64,000 nucleotides of DNA from an uncultured Desulfobacterales bacterium (GTDB lineage: Bacteria; Desulfobacterota; DSM-4660; Desulfatiglandales; JALVZP01), in NCBI GenBank assembly GCA_964513995.1, contig CAZEOQ010000003.1:20009-84008 (forward strand). Reading direction: 5' to 3'. The position numbers and the translations under genes are program-made. The notes beneath the pieces were generated by a model. That model searched no databases. It saw nothing but the letters and a program-made list of their open reading frames with translations, and was not told where the DNA came from. Positions 36,843 to 45,895 of this stretch are shown piece after piece (the stretch's first letter is position 1; the number at the start of each line of letters is the position of its first letter).

Positions 36843-38614
36843 AAATAGCACTATTTTTATTTTTTCTGACATCTTCTTGTCTTTCTCAATCAGTTTTTGA
36901 AAATGCAGATGCAATAAATAATTATGTCAGAAAGCTGTATAGAATAAATCCAGATGGAAGCTATAGGCTTTTCTTAGAAATGCAGATTGAGATAAAGACA
37001 TATAAGGGAAAGAAAGAATGGGCAGATTTTAAATATCCATATAACAGCCAGTATCAGGAAGTGTTTATAAGAAAAGCAAGGACAATACTTCCTTCAGGAA
37101 GAGTAAAGGAGGTAACAGAAAAAGAAATTCACGATATTTTAGATCCATCAACTTCTGAAAGCTCTCTTTATTCAAAAGCAAGACTAAAGGTCATAAACTT
37201 CCCTTCAGTAGAAATAGGATCAAAGATAGAAATCAGAATTGAATTGTTGTCAAAGATAGGATTCTGGGCTAAGGAGAACTTTAGACTCCTGAATCCTACA
37301 AGAGAAAAGAAAGTCATACTGGATGTCCCTTCTCATATGAAGCTTACTGTAAGTATAAAAGATCCTAAGGTGAAGTTTGAAAAGAAGAAAAAAGGAGAAA
37401 GGGTTATCTATATATGGGAAGGAAGAGATCTTCCTAAGTTGTATGATGAGCCAAACAGCCCTGAAATAGAAAATCAGCCCTTTTGTCTTCTTGTATCAAG
37501 CTTTGGATCATGGAAAGATGTAGCAAATTTTTTTAAGAATTTTTTTAAGTTACAAAGGAAAATAAGACCTCCTTCCTGGGCAAAGAAAGATCCTGACCTC
37601 TGTTACATGCTTCTTCTGAAACACATAAACTTATATCCTCTTGACCTTTTTAAAAGTTCCCTTATTCCTCAGGATCCATATCTTACATTAAAAAAAGGAT
37701 ATGGAAGTTCAATTGATCTTGCTTTTCTTTTTTACAGCATACTCAAGTCTCAAGGAAAAGATGTAGACCTTTTTCTTGCTAACAAAAGAGGTCTTTTTAT
37801 TTTAAAAGAAAGCTATTTTCCTGAACTTTTTGATCAGATCCTTGTTTATACAGATGGAAAATTTTATTCCTTTTCTGAAAGATACCTTTCACCTGGTTTT
37901 ACAGGTTCTGAAGGAACACTTGGACTTAGTATAAAAGAAGGAAGGCTAATAAAGATTCCAGAAGGAGAGAATAAAAAAAGGAGAGAAATAAGTATGAGTA
38001 TATCCTCTGAAGGGGCTTATGGAAAGGTGAAAGATGAGTTCTGGGGAATATATGCTTCTCAGATAAGGAGATCATTTAGGTATCTGAAAGGAGAAGAGTT
38101 AAAGATAAGGATTTCAAAATACATCCATTCTATGGATCCTTTGGCAAAGGTTAAGGATTTTAAGATAGAAGATCTGAAAAAGAAGGTAGAAATTTCTTTT
38201 TCATTCTTGACAAGTAATCCTTTTATGAGATCTGAAGATCTTCTTCTCTTTCCTATACCTGAACCAGATATCATTTCACACCTAAGCAGACTTCTCACTA
38301 AAAGAAGATATCCTCTTTTTATTCCAAGGACAAAAACAGAGATCTTTAAGCTAAAACTCATCTTACCTGAAGGTATAAAACCAGTATTTATTCCTTCTTC
38401 TTTTGGAAAGGAAGGTCCTCTTTGTTGGGATATAAGATACAGGTTAAGAAAGAATTGTCTTGTTTTTCTGAGAAGATTGACATTAAAAAGGAGTATGATC
38501 CCTGTTGAAGATGTAAAGGAGGTCTTGGAAAAGACAGAGATGCTCTGTTCAATAAAAAACAGGGTATTGATTTTTGAATATGAGACTGGAAGTAGTAATA
38601 AAGGGAAAAGATAA
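36833..38614 (+). CDS. transglutaminase-like paralogue with substituted catalytic residues (probable pseudo-enzyme)
   Basis: Same overall architecture and a signal peptide. The core Cys position reads GYGSSIDLAFLFYSILKSQG and the His position carries Q (FDQILVY). Confidence 0.65.
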   Translation: MLLKIALFLFFLTSSCLSQSVFENADAINNYVRKLYRINPDGSYRLFLEMQIEIKTYKGKKEWADFKYPYNSQYQEVFIRKARTILPSGRVKEVTEKEIHDILDPSTSESSLYSKARLKVINFPSVEIGSKIEIRIELLSKIGFWAKENFRLLNPTREKKVILDVPSHMKLTVSIKDPKVKFEKKKKGERVIYIWEGRDLPKLYDEPNSPEIENQPFCLLVSSFGSWKDVANFFKNFFKLQRKIRPPSWAKKDPDLCYMLLLKHINLYPLDLFKSSLIPQDPYLTLKKGYGSSIDLAFLFYSILKSQGKDVDLFLANKRGLFILKESYFPELFDQILVYTDGKFYSFSERYLSPGFTGSEGTLGLSIKEGRLIKIPEGENKKRREISMSISSEGAYGKVKDEFWGIYASQIRRSFRYLKGEELKIRISKYIHSMDPLAKVKDFKIEDLKKKVEISFSFLTSNPFMRSEDLLLFPIPEPDIISHLSRLLTKRRYPLFIPRTKTEIFKLKLILPEGIKPVFIPSSFGKEGPLCWDIRYRLRKNCLVFLRRLTLKRSMIPVEDVKEVLEKTEMLCSIKNRVLIFEYETGSSNKGKR

Positions 38615-39359
38615 AGTTTTGGAAGACAGTATAAAAGATCTGGGGAGGAGATTCTTTATAGAAAGGGTCAAAGGATATCTACTTTTTTCCTTTCCTATAA
38701 AGGATGAAACTGAGATAGACAAGATCCTAAAATACATAGAAGATAAACTTCCTGAAGATTCTGAAATAATAAATACTTCCTTATCTTTCAGAAAAGAGCT
38801 GGATCTTCACGGATACAGGATAACTATAGGAGCTGAAAAAAAGAGAACAGAGGAAAAAGAGATCATTTTAAAGAAAGGGCTTGCATTTGGAGGCTTTCAT
38901 CCTACCACAAAGATGTGCCTTCAGCTCCTTTTAGAAGCTGTAAGAAGAGGTTTTATTATAAGGACTGCACTTGACCTTGGAACAGGAAATGGAATTTTAG
39001 CAATCATGGCAAAAAAGCTTGGGATAAATAAGGTATTTGCGGTTGATATAGATTATGAAGCATGTGTTGAGTGTAAAGAGAATGCAGGCATTAATGATGT
39101 TGAAATAGGTATAGTCTGTGGAGATCAGGATTGTATAAAAGGAAGATTTCAGCTTGTCCTTGTAAATATCATATTTCATGTAACTGAAAGGATAATGGAT
39201 AGGATAAAGGAGATGGTTGAAAAAAAAGGGCTTCTTATAATTTCAGGATTTATCAGTTCAAGGAAAGATGTGATTAAGGATAAATTAAAAGAAGATGGGA
39301 TTTTTATAGAAGAGAAAGAAGATGAGGGATGGGGAGCAATATTATGGCAAAAAGAATGA
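38580..39359 (+). CDS. prmA: ribosomal protein L11 methyltransferase
   Basis: GLAFGGFHPTTKMCLQLL and the SAM motif DLGTGNGILAI. ATG 38580 is chosen over the ORF-track TTG 38574. Confidence 0.85.
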   Translation: MRLEVVIKGKDKVLEDSIKDLGRRFFIERVKGYLLFSFPIKDETEIDKILKYIEDKLPEDSEIINTSLSFRKELDLHGYRITIGAEKKRTEEKEIILKKGLAFGGFHPTTKMCLQLLLEAVRRGFIIRTALDLGTGNGILAIMAKKLGINKVFAVDIDYEACVECKENAGINDVEIGIVCGDQDCIKGRFQLVLVNIIFHVTERIMDRIKEMVEKKGLLIISGFISSRKDVIKDKLKEDGIFIEEKEDEGWGAILWQKE

Positions 39360-40331
39360 ATCATGTCTCCATTTTGATATCTTGTATACCCATGGACTTA
39401 GTTTTCTGTTCATCAATTCTGCTTCTTTCATAATCTTCTTTTCTTTTCCTTCATAGAGGACAGAAACCTTCATGTAACATTCATCTTCCTTACAGCTCTT
39501 ACTTGGAAATATCCTTATTATCATACCATTCAGAAGCCTATATTCTACATAAGAATCCTCTTCTATACCTACTTCTTTCATGCTTTTTGAAGGATCAACT
39601 ACATCATCTATCCTGAGATAATCCAGTCCTTCTTTTAGCTTTTCTATGACATCTTTTTTCAGCTTTCCTTTTATAAGCTTAAAATTTCCTTTTTCTCTTA
39701 CAAGGACATACTTCACCTTTCCTTTTTTATACCCTTTTATCTTCCCTATTTCATCTTCCTTTATGTCTAAAAGATCAAGCTTTATCCATTCTCCTGGTCC
39801 CTGTATAAGTGAAGTGAAATATTGGTCTATAAGATATACGGTATCTCCTATTCTTATGAACTGCCCTTTTGGAAAACCATCTTTTTCCGTTCTCATTGCC
39901 TTTCCAAATATTATCTTTTTTATCAAACCTCCTTCCTTATCCTTCAATATCAGACATCTTCCCTTCTCTTCTTCTTTTCCATTTTCCTCTGGATCAAGAA
40001 GAGAAAGTCTTTTCAAAGTATCTTCTTTTGCTTTAAAGACCTGCCCTACAGTTACACCTCTCAGTTTTTCTATCAGCTCATATATTTGAGAAAAGTCTGC
40101 AAAGTATCCAAAATGTTCTTTTACAATCCAATCCCCATCCTTTCTTATAAGAGTTACATTTATTCCCTCAGGACTTATGATGTCTATCTCGGATATCTTT
40201 TCCAGTGGAATATCTGAAAATATGTGCAGACCTAAGGTCTTTTTATATGACCTGTTTTTATACTTCCCTAAGAATAAGACAATTCCTAAAAGAGCTAAAC
40301 AAAAGACAGAAAGTAAAATTATATTCCTCAT
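39342..40331 (-). CDS. DUF4340-like membrane-anchored protein
   Basis: N-terminal TM helix, an ATGA overlap with the GldG-like gene, and the typical last position in ABC-2/GldG modules. Confidence 0.6.
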   Translation of the reverse strand: MRNIILLSVFCLALLGIVLFLGKYKNRSYKKTLGLHIFSDIPLEKISEIDIISPEGINVTLIRKDGDWIVKEHFGYFADFSQIYELIEKLRGVTVGQVFKAKEDTLKRLSLLDPEENGKEEEKGRCLILKDKEGGLIKKIIFGKAMRTEKDGFPKGQFIRIGDTVYLIDQYFTSLIQGPGEWIKLDLLDIKEDEIGKIKGYKKGKVKYVLVREKGNFKLIKGKLKKDVIEKLKEGLDYLRIDDVVDPSKSMKEVGIEEDSYVEYRLLNGMIIRIFPSKSCKEDECYMKVSVLYEGKEKKIMKEAELMNRKLSPWVYKISKWRHDSFFLP

Positions 40332-42121
40332 CTTTTTGTCTTCCTCTGTCTGTATATAGCAAGACCTATTCCTGCAAAAGAGATAAAAAGTGGCATAAGG
40401 AAGATGTTTATAAATTTAAGTATCATACCAAGTCTTTCTATATCTGCCCTGAGTGTCTTTCTTACTTCCCTTAATTCATGCTGGATCCTTATCTTTTGTT
40501 CTCTAAACCTTTGAATCTCTTTTTCAAGCTCAGAAGATAAGACAAGTTTTCCCGATTCTTTCCTTTTCTTCTCTAACTCCTTCAGTCTCTCATTTATTAT
40601 CTCTGCCTGCTTTTCAAGCTCCTTTTCCTTTTCAAGCCATTTTTTTTGAGCTTTTGCCTTAAGCTCAAGAACCTTTTTAAAAGGTCTTTCAAATCTTCCT
40701 CTTGTTCTTATACTTATAAGATCCTCTGTCCCTGTAAGATACTCACAGGCATTCAAAAGAAAGTTCAGATTATCATTAAATATCCTGCTTATGACAAGAC
40801 CAAAGATCTGTGTCTTTTCTACATAAAAGTCATCATTTAAGAAATCACTATCTGCAACAACTATTATAGCAGAACTTTTTTTTGCTTCTTTTATGTGATC
40901 TTTCTTGGAGAAACCTTTTGGAGGAGAAGAAAAAGCAGATTTGAACCTTCCTCTGATAAGCACTGCAATAGGATATTCTTTCCCTTTAGGTTTTACTCTC
41001 TTTCTTACAAATTCACTTCCCATTCCCACAATAAACACACTTATGGTATCAGAAGACTTACTTGAGTGGATAAGTGTCTCAAAAGAGATATCCTTCTTTT
41101 TTTTCTCTATATACCCTGCAATAGGAAAAAGCATATTCTCCAGACCAGAAGTTATAACACTTTCTTTACTGAAAGAACCTTCTCTTGCTGTTATGACCAC
41201 AGGACTTTCTTTTATCAAATTACCTGATCTTACATATGTTGCCTGTTCTATATCTGCCACAGCCTTATCTTGAACAACACTTATCCCCCATGAAGAGAAT
41301 AGATCTTCTAAACCTGTCCTTAGACCAATGTCAGGTGTTTCAGTTGATATGCAATACGGATCTGTAAGGATAATGGCATTTTTTCCTGAAAGGATGAATT
41401 GATCTATGGCATATTCAAGGTTTTTGTCTATCTTTTTAGGATGAATTATAAGCAAGAGGTCTGTATCAGGATCTATCCTTTTTACATCTTTCTTAATCTT
41501 TCTCACTTCATACATCTTTCTCAGCTCCTTTACAAAAAGCCATTCTTTTTTTTCAAATACAGGAAGAAAACTCAGTATCCCTATCACTTTTTTCTTTGGA
41601 TTTTGTAGCTTATATATAGCCTGAGTTACTTTATACTCCAGAAGCTCTTCTTCTGAAGGATCAAGAAAGGGAATCCTTTCTATCCTTTCTTCTGAAAGAA
41701 ATACAAGCCCACAGTATATCTTTTCTCCTCCTTCTGTCTCAATTCCTCTAAGTCCATATTTTTCTGCCCATTCTTCTTCCTCACTGTCAGGCTTTGGATC
41801 ATATACTTCCAGTCTTATCTTTCCTCTTCCTTCTTTTTCATACTCTTCCAAAAATTCTTTTACCCTTTTTGCATAAAGTTTTATGTATGCTGGGACAGAT
41901 GGATTGCTTTTACTGTAGAAAAACTTTATGGTAATGGGTGTCTTTATTTTAGATATTATGTTCTTTGTTCCTTCTGAAAGTGTATAGAGTTTTTCTTCAG
42001 TTATGTCCCACCTTAGGTTTGCATAAGATAAAAGGACATTTATGAGTATGAGTAAAAAAAGAAGTAAAGAGACTTCTATTACTGAAACTGCAATCCTTTT
42101 TATGTCCTTCCTTTCTTCCAT
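40328..42121 (-). CDS. GldG-like ABC-transporter auxiliary protein
   Basis: N-terminal TM followed by RWDITEEKLYTLSEGTKNII...ITIKFFYS, a C-terminal coiled coil and a TM helix. Confidence 0.75.
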   Translation of the reverse strand: MEERKDIKRIAVSVIEVSLLLFLLILINVLLSYANLRWDITEEKLYTLSEGTKNIISKIKTPITIKFFYSKSNPSVPAYIKLYAKRVKEFLEEYEKEGRGKIRLEVYDPKPDSEEEEWAEKYGLRGIETEGGEKIYCGLVFLSEERIERIPFLDPSEEELLEYKVTQAIYKLQNPKKKVIGILSFLPVFEKKEWLFVKELRKMYEVRKIKKDVKRIDPDTDLLLIIHPKKIDKNLEYAIDQFILSGKNAIILTDPYCISTETPDIGLRTGLEDLFSSWGISVVQDKAVADIEQATYVRSGNLIKESPVVITAREGSFSKESVITSGLENMLFPIAGYIEKKKKDISFETLIHSSKSSDTISVFIVGMGSEFVRKRVKPKGKEYPIAVLIRGRFKSAFSSPPKGFSKKDHIKEAKKSSAIIVVADSDFLNDDFYVEKTQIFGLVISRIFNDNLNFLLNACEYLTGTEDLISIRTRGRFERPFKKVLELKAKAQKKWLEKEKELEKQAEIINERLKELEKKRKESGKLVLSSELEKEIQRFREQKIRIQHELREVRKTLRADIERLGMILKFINIFLMPLFISFAGIGLAIYRQRKTKR

Positions 42122-42122
42122 A

Positions 42123-42860
42123 CTATTCCCTGTAGTTTTGAAGGATGGTTTTTGTAAGGTATAGCATGAAGATTATTACTGAAATGAAATAAACAATGTC
42201 TCTCAGGTCTAAAACACCCCTTTGTATTGACTCATAATGCGTCATAAAGCTTATGTTAGCAAGGAAGTCTATTATCCATGAAGGAGCCCAGCCTGAAAAG
42301 AATTCTGTAATTGGAGGCCATCCAGAAAGCACAAAAAAAAGGCATATTACGACAGAAATTATAAAGCTTATAACCTGATTTCTTGTAATAGATGAAGTAA
42401 AGCAGCCTATACTGAGATATGCTCCTGCCATAAGAAGACTTCCAAGATATGCACAGAAGATTACACCAAGATCAGGATCCCCTAAATACAGAACAGTAAG
42501 AACTAAAGGAAATGTGAAAAAAAGGCAGATTGCTATAAAGATCCAGGCAGAAAGAAATTTTCCTAAGACTGCTTCCATACTTGTAATAGGAAGTGTAAGA
42601 AGAAGCTCAACTGTTCCAAGTCTTCTTTCTTCTGCCCAAAGCCTCATGGATACAGAAGGGACAAGAAAGAGATAAATCCAGGGATGCCATTGAAAGAATG
42701 CCCTGAGGTCTGCCTGTCCCAATTCATAAAAATGGCTTACAGAGAATGTAAAAAAACCACACAGCATGAGAAATATGACCATGAATACATAAGCAACAGG
42801 AGAAGTAAAGTAACATAAAAGCTCTTTTTTTGCTATTGAAGATATGTTCCTGAGGTTCAT
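42123..42860 (-). CDS. ABC-2 type transporter permease (GldF-like)
   Basis: Six predicted TM helices and a position between the ATPase and GldG-like genes. Confidence 0.75.
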   Translation of the reverse strand: MNLRNISSIAKKELLCYFTSPVAYVFMVIFLMLCGFFTFSVSHFYELGQADLRAFFQWHPWIYLFLVPSVSMRLWAEERRLGTVELLLTLPITSMEAVLGKFLSAWIFIAICLFFTFPLVLTVLYLGDPDLGVIFCAYLGSLLMAGAYLSIGCFTSSITRNQVISFIISVVICLFFVLSGWPPITEFFSGWAPSWIIDFLANISFMTHYESIQRGVLDLRDIVYFISVIIFMLYLTKTILQNYRE

Positions 42861-43786
42861 TTTCCTAAGGTAATCTTTCTGAAGACCTCATCCAGTCTTC
42901 CCTGCTCCACAAAAAAATACCTTATCTTTTTCTTTGTCTTTTCTCTGAGATATCCTATTATGGAACTTACAAAATCAGCTCCTGGTTTTTCAGGATATAT
43001 GATAACAGAATCAAGACTCGTTTTTTCTACATTCCTTATTCCAGGAAGCTTCTTCAGGCTTTTCAAAAATTCATCATCTATCTCTTCCTGAAAAGATACC
43101 CTTACAGCACCATAATAAGATGACCTTTTTTTAAGACCATCAGGAGTATCATCTACAAGAATCTTTCCATTACTTATTATAATTGCCCTTGTGCAGACAG
43201 CTTCTACTTCTTCCAGTATGTGAGTAGAAAGGATGATGGTTTTTTTTTCTGACAGCTGTTTTATCATGTTTCTTACTTCATGTTTTTGATTTGGATCTAA
43301 TCCGTCTGTAGGTTCGTCAAGGATAAGGTATTCTGGATCATGGATAAGGCTTTGTGCAAGACATACTCTCTGTTTAAATCCCTTAGATAATGTGCTTATT
43401 GACTGATACATCACATCAGAAAGAAAGCATCTTTCAAGTATCTCTCCTACCCTTCTTTTTTTCTCCTTTCCATAAAATCCCCTTATCTCTGCTATAAACT
43501 CCAAAAAACCCAAAACGGTCATATCCGGATATACAGGAGCATTTTCTGGAAGATAGCCTATCCTTTTTTTTGCCTCAACCGGATTTTCAACTATATCATA
43601 GCCTCCTATCAGTGCTGTTCCAAAGGTAGGAGTAAGGAAGCCTGTTATCATTCTCATTGTAGTTGTTTTTCCTGCTGCATTTGGACCTAAAAAACCAAGG
43701 ACTTCACCTTTTTCTACACAAAAGCTTACATTATCTACAGCTACCTTTTTTCCAAATATCTTTGTAAGATTCTTTACCTCTATCAT
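42857..43786 (-). CDS. ABC transporter ATP-binding protein (GldA-like)
   Basis: Walker A GPNAAGKTT, signature LSKGFKQRVCLAQ and Walker B YLILDEPTDGLD. Confidence 0.85.
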   Translation of the reverse strand: MIEVKNLTKIFGKKVAVDNVSFCVEKGEVLGFLGPNAAGKTTTMRMITGFLTPTFGTALIGGYDIVENPVEAKKRIGYLPENAPVYPDMTVLGFLEFIAEIRGFYGKEKKRRVGEILERCFLSDVMYQSISTLSKGFKQRVCLAQSLIHDPEYLILDEPTDGLDPNQKHEVRNMIKQLSEKKTIILSTHILEEVEAVCTRAIIISNGKILVDDTPDGLKKRSSYYGAVRVSFQEEIDDEFLKSLKKLPGIRNVEKTSLDSVIIYPEKPGADFVSSIIGYLREKTKKKIRYFFVEQGRLDEVFRKITLGK

Positions 43787-43792
43787 TTTATA

Positions 43793-43827
43793 TAAAAAAA
43801 AACCCGCCTCCCGGAAAGGAGGCGGGT
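43793..43827 (-). terminator. rho-independent terminator of groESL
   Basis: On the minus strand, the stem ACCCGCCTCC/GGAGGCGGGT (43802-43827) with a 6-nt loop is followed by T9 (43794-43802). Confidence 0.8.
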
Positions 43828-43842
43828 CTGTTTTCAGTCAGT

Positions 43843-45468
43843 TTAGAACTCTTCTACGCTTCCTGGTGTTGGTGTCTTTTCTTCTTTCTTCTCAGGTTTT
43901 TCAGCAATCATTGCCTCTGTTGTAAGGAGAAGACTTGCTACTGATGCAGCATTCTGGAGAGCAAGTCTTATTACCTTTGTAGGATCAATTACTCCTGCCT
44001 TTACAAGATCCTCATATTCACCTTTTTCTGCATTAAATCCAAATGCACCTTCACCCTGTTTTACCTTTTCTACTACAATTGATCCTTCAAATCCTGCATT
44101 ATTTGCAATCTGTTTAAGTGGTTCTTCAAGAGCCTTCTTTACAATCTCTGCTCCAAGCTTTTCTTCTTCACTGAAGTCACTTAGATCCTCAAGTGCCTTC
44201 TGTGCTCTTATGTATGCAACTCCACCACCAGGAACAATTCCTTCCTCAACTGCTGCCTTTGTAGCATTCAGAGCATCCTCTACACGATCCTTCTTCTCCT
44301 TCATTTCTGCTTCTGTTGCAGCTCCTACACGGATTACTGCAACTCCACCAATCAGTTTTGCAAGACGCTCCTGAAGCTTTTCTCTATCATAGTCACTTGT
44401 CGTCTCTTCTATCTGCAGTCTTATCTGCTTTACTCTAGCTTCTATAGCTTCCTTGCTTCCTCCACCTTCTATAATCGTAGTATTGTCTTTGTCTATTATG
44501 ATCTTCTTTGCTGTTCCAAGATCATCAAGTGTTACATTTTCAAGTTTTACTCCAAGGTCTTCACTTATTACCCTTCCTCCAGTAAGGATTGCAATGTCTT
44601 CAAGCATTGCCTTTCTTCTTTCACCAAATCCTGGAGCCTTTACTGCTGCACACTTAAGTGTTCCACGAAGCTTGTTTACTACGAGTGTTGCAAGTGCCTC
44701 TCCTTCTACATCTTCTGCTATGACGAGAAGTGGTTTTCCTGATCTTGCAACCTCTTCAAGTATTGGAATAAGATCCTTCATTGAGCTTATCTTCTTTTCA
44801 TGGATCAGGATAAATGCATCTTCAAGGTGAACCTCCATCTTTTCAGCATCTGTAATGAAGTATGGGCTTAGATATCCTCTGTCAAACTGCATTCCTTCTA
44901 CTACTTCAAGTGTTGTCTCCATTCCCTTTGCTTCTTCTACTGTAATTACACCTTCTTTTCCTACCTTTTCCATTGCCTCTGCTATGATTTCACCTATTGA
45001 AGGATCGTTGTTTGCAGATATTGTTCCTACCTGTGCAATCTCTTTCTTTTCTCTTGTAGGTGTTGAAAGCTTCTTCAGTTCTTCAACAACCTTTGCCACT
45101 GCCTTGTCTATTCCTCTTTTCAGAGCCATTGGATTTGCACCAGCAGCAACAAGCTTGCTTCCTTCCTTATAGATTGCCTGTGCAAGGATTGTTGCTGTTG
45201 TTGTTCCATCTCCTGCAACATCTGATGTCTTTGATGCAACCTCTTTTACCATCTGTGCTCCCATGTTTTCAAACTTGTCTTCAAGCTCTATCTCTTTTGC
45301 AACAGTTACACCGTCTTTTGTTACCTTTGGTGAACCAAATGCCTTTTCTATAAGGACATTCCTTCCTCTTGGACCAAGTGTTACTTTTACTGCATTTGCA
45401 AGTGTATCAACTCCCTTCATTATCTTCTCTCTTGCCCGGACATCATATGTAATCTGCTTTGCTGTCAT
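43843..45468 (-). CDS. groL: chaperonin GroEL
   Basis: Unmistakable Cpn60 sequence ([17 protein letters not shown]...). ATG 45468 lies 7 nt after GGAGGT. The ORF-track GTG 45477 lies inside the SD. Confidence 0.98.
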   Translation of the reverse strand: MTAKQITYDVRAREKIMKGVDTLANAVKVTLGPRGRNVLIEKAFGSPKVTKDGVTVAKEIELEDKFENMGAQMVKEVASKTSDVAGDGTTTATILAQAIYKEGSKLVAAGANPMALKRGIDKAVAKVVEELKKLSTPTREKKEIAQVGTISANNDPSIGEIIAEAMEKVGKEGVITVEEAKGMETTLEVVEGMQFDRGYLSPYFITDAEKMEVHLEDAFILIHEKKISSMKDLIPILEEVARSGKPLLVIAEDVEGEALATLVVNKLRGTLKCAAVKAPGFGERRKAMLEDIAILTGGRVISEDLGVKLENVTLDDLGTAKKIIIDKDNTTIIEGGGSKEAIEARVKQIRLQIEETTSDYDREKLQERLAKLIGGVAVIRVGAATEAEMKEKKDRVEDALNATKAAVEEGIVPGGGVAYIRAQKALEDLSDFSEEEKLGAEIVKKALEEPLKQIANNAGFEGSIVVEKVKQGEGAFGFNAEKGEYEDLVKAGVIDPTKVIRLALQNAASVASLLLTTEAMIAEKPEKKEEKTPTPGSVEEF

Positions 45469-45486
45469 AGCCTCCACCTCCTTAAT

Positions 45487-45777
45487 TTAGTCTTCAAGAA
45501 TTGCAAGGATATCATCTTCTCTCATAATCAGATACTCAACACCATCTATCTTTATTTCATTTCCTGCATATTTGCTAAAAAGAACCTTATCATTTACTTT
45601 TACTTCCATAGGAATCCTTTCTCCTTTATCATTTAACCTTCCTGGACCAACTGCTATAACTTTTCCCTGCTGTGGTTTTTCTTTTGCTGTATCAGGAATA
45701 ATGATTCCTCCTGGAGTCTTTTCTTCTTCCTCTATCCTCTGAACCAGAACCCTATCATACAGAGGTTTTACCTTCAT
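45487..45777 (-). CDS. groS: co-chaperonin GroES
   Basis: 96 aa Cpn10 (KPLYDRVLV...[22 protein letters not shown]). Confidence 0.98.
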   Translation of the reverse strand: MKVKPLYDRVLVQRIEEEEKTPGGIIIPDTAKEKPQQGKVIAVGPGRLNDKGERIPMEVKVNDKVLFSKYAGNEIKIDGVEYLIMREDDILAILED

Positions 45778-45825
45778 ACTTCTACCTCCTTCAGTATTTT
45801 TTTGAAGAAACCTTAAGAGGATTTT

Positions 45826-45863
45826 TGTTTACCAAAAGATAAACATACTTTTTCTGTTGTCAA
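45826..45863 (-). promoter_or_regulatory. groESL promoter with overlapping palindrome
   Basis: On the minus strand: TTGACA (45863-45858), 16 nt spacer, TATCTT (45841-45836). The palindrome TGTTTA-N8-TAAACA (45826-45845) overlaps the -10 and start region. Confidence 0.45.
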
Positions 45864-45884
45864 GGGGAGGAAAAATATTATAGT
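45857..45884 (+). promoter_or_regulatory. promoter of the GNAT-ABC gene; near-leaderless transcript
   Basis: TTGTCA (45857-45862), 16 nt spacer, TATAGT (45879-45884). The ATG follows only 11 nt after the -10 and has no SD. Confidence 0.4.
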
Positions 45885-45895
45885 GAAAAAAAAGT

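Noticed and set aside
45778-45895. Expected HrcA/CIRCE operator upstream of groES.
   Set aside because: The consensus TTAGCACTC-N9-GAGTGCTAA is not present. Only a different short palindrome was found, and it is reported separately with low confidence.
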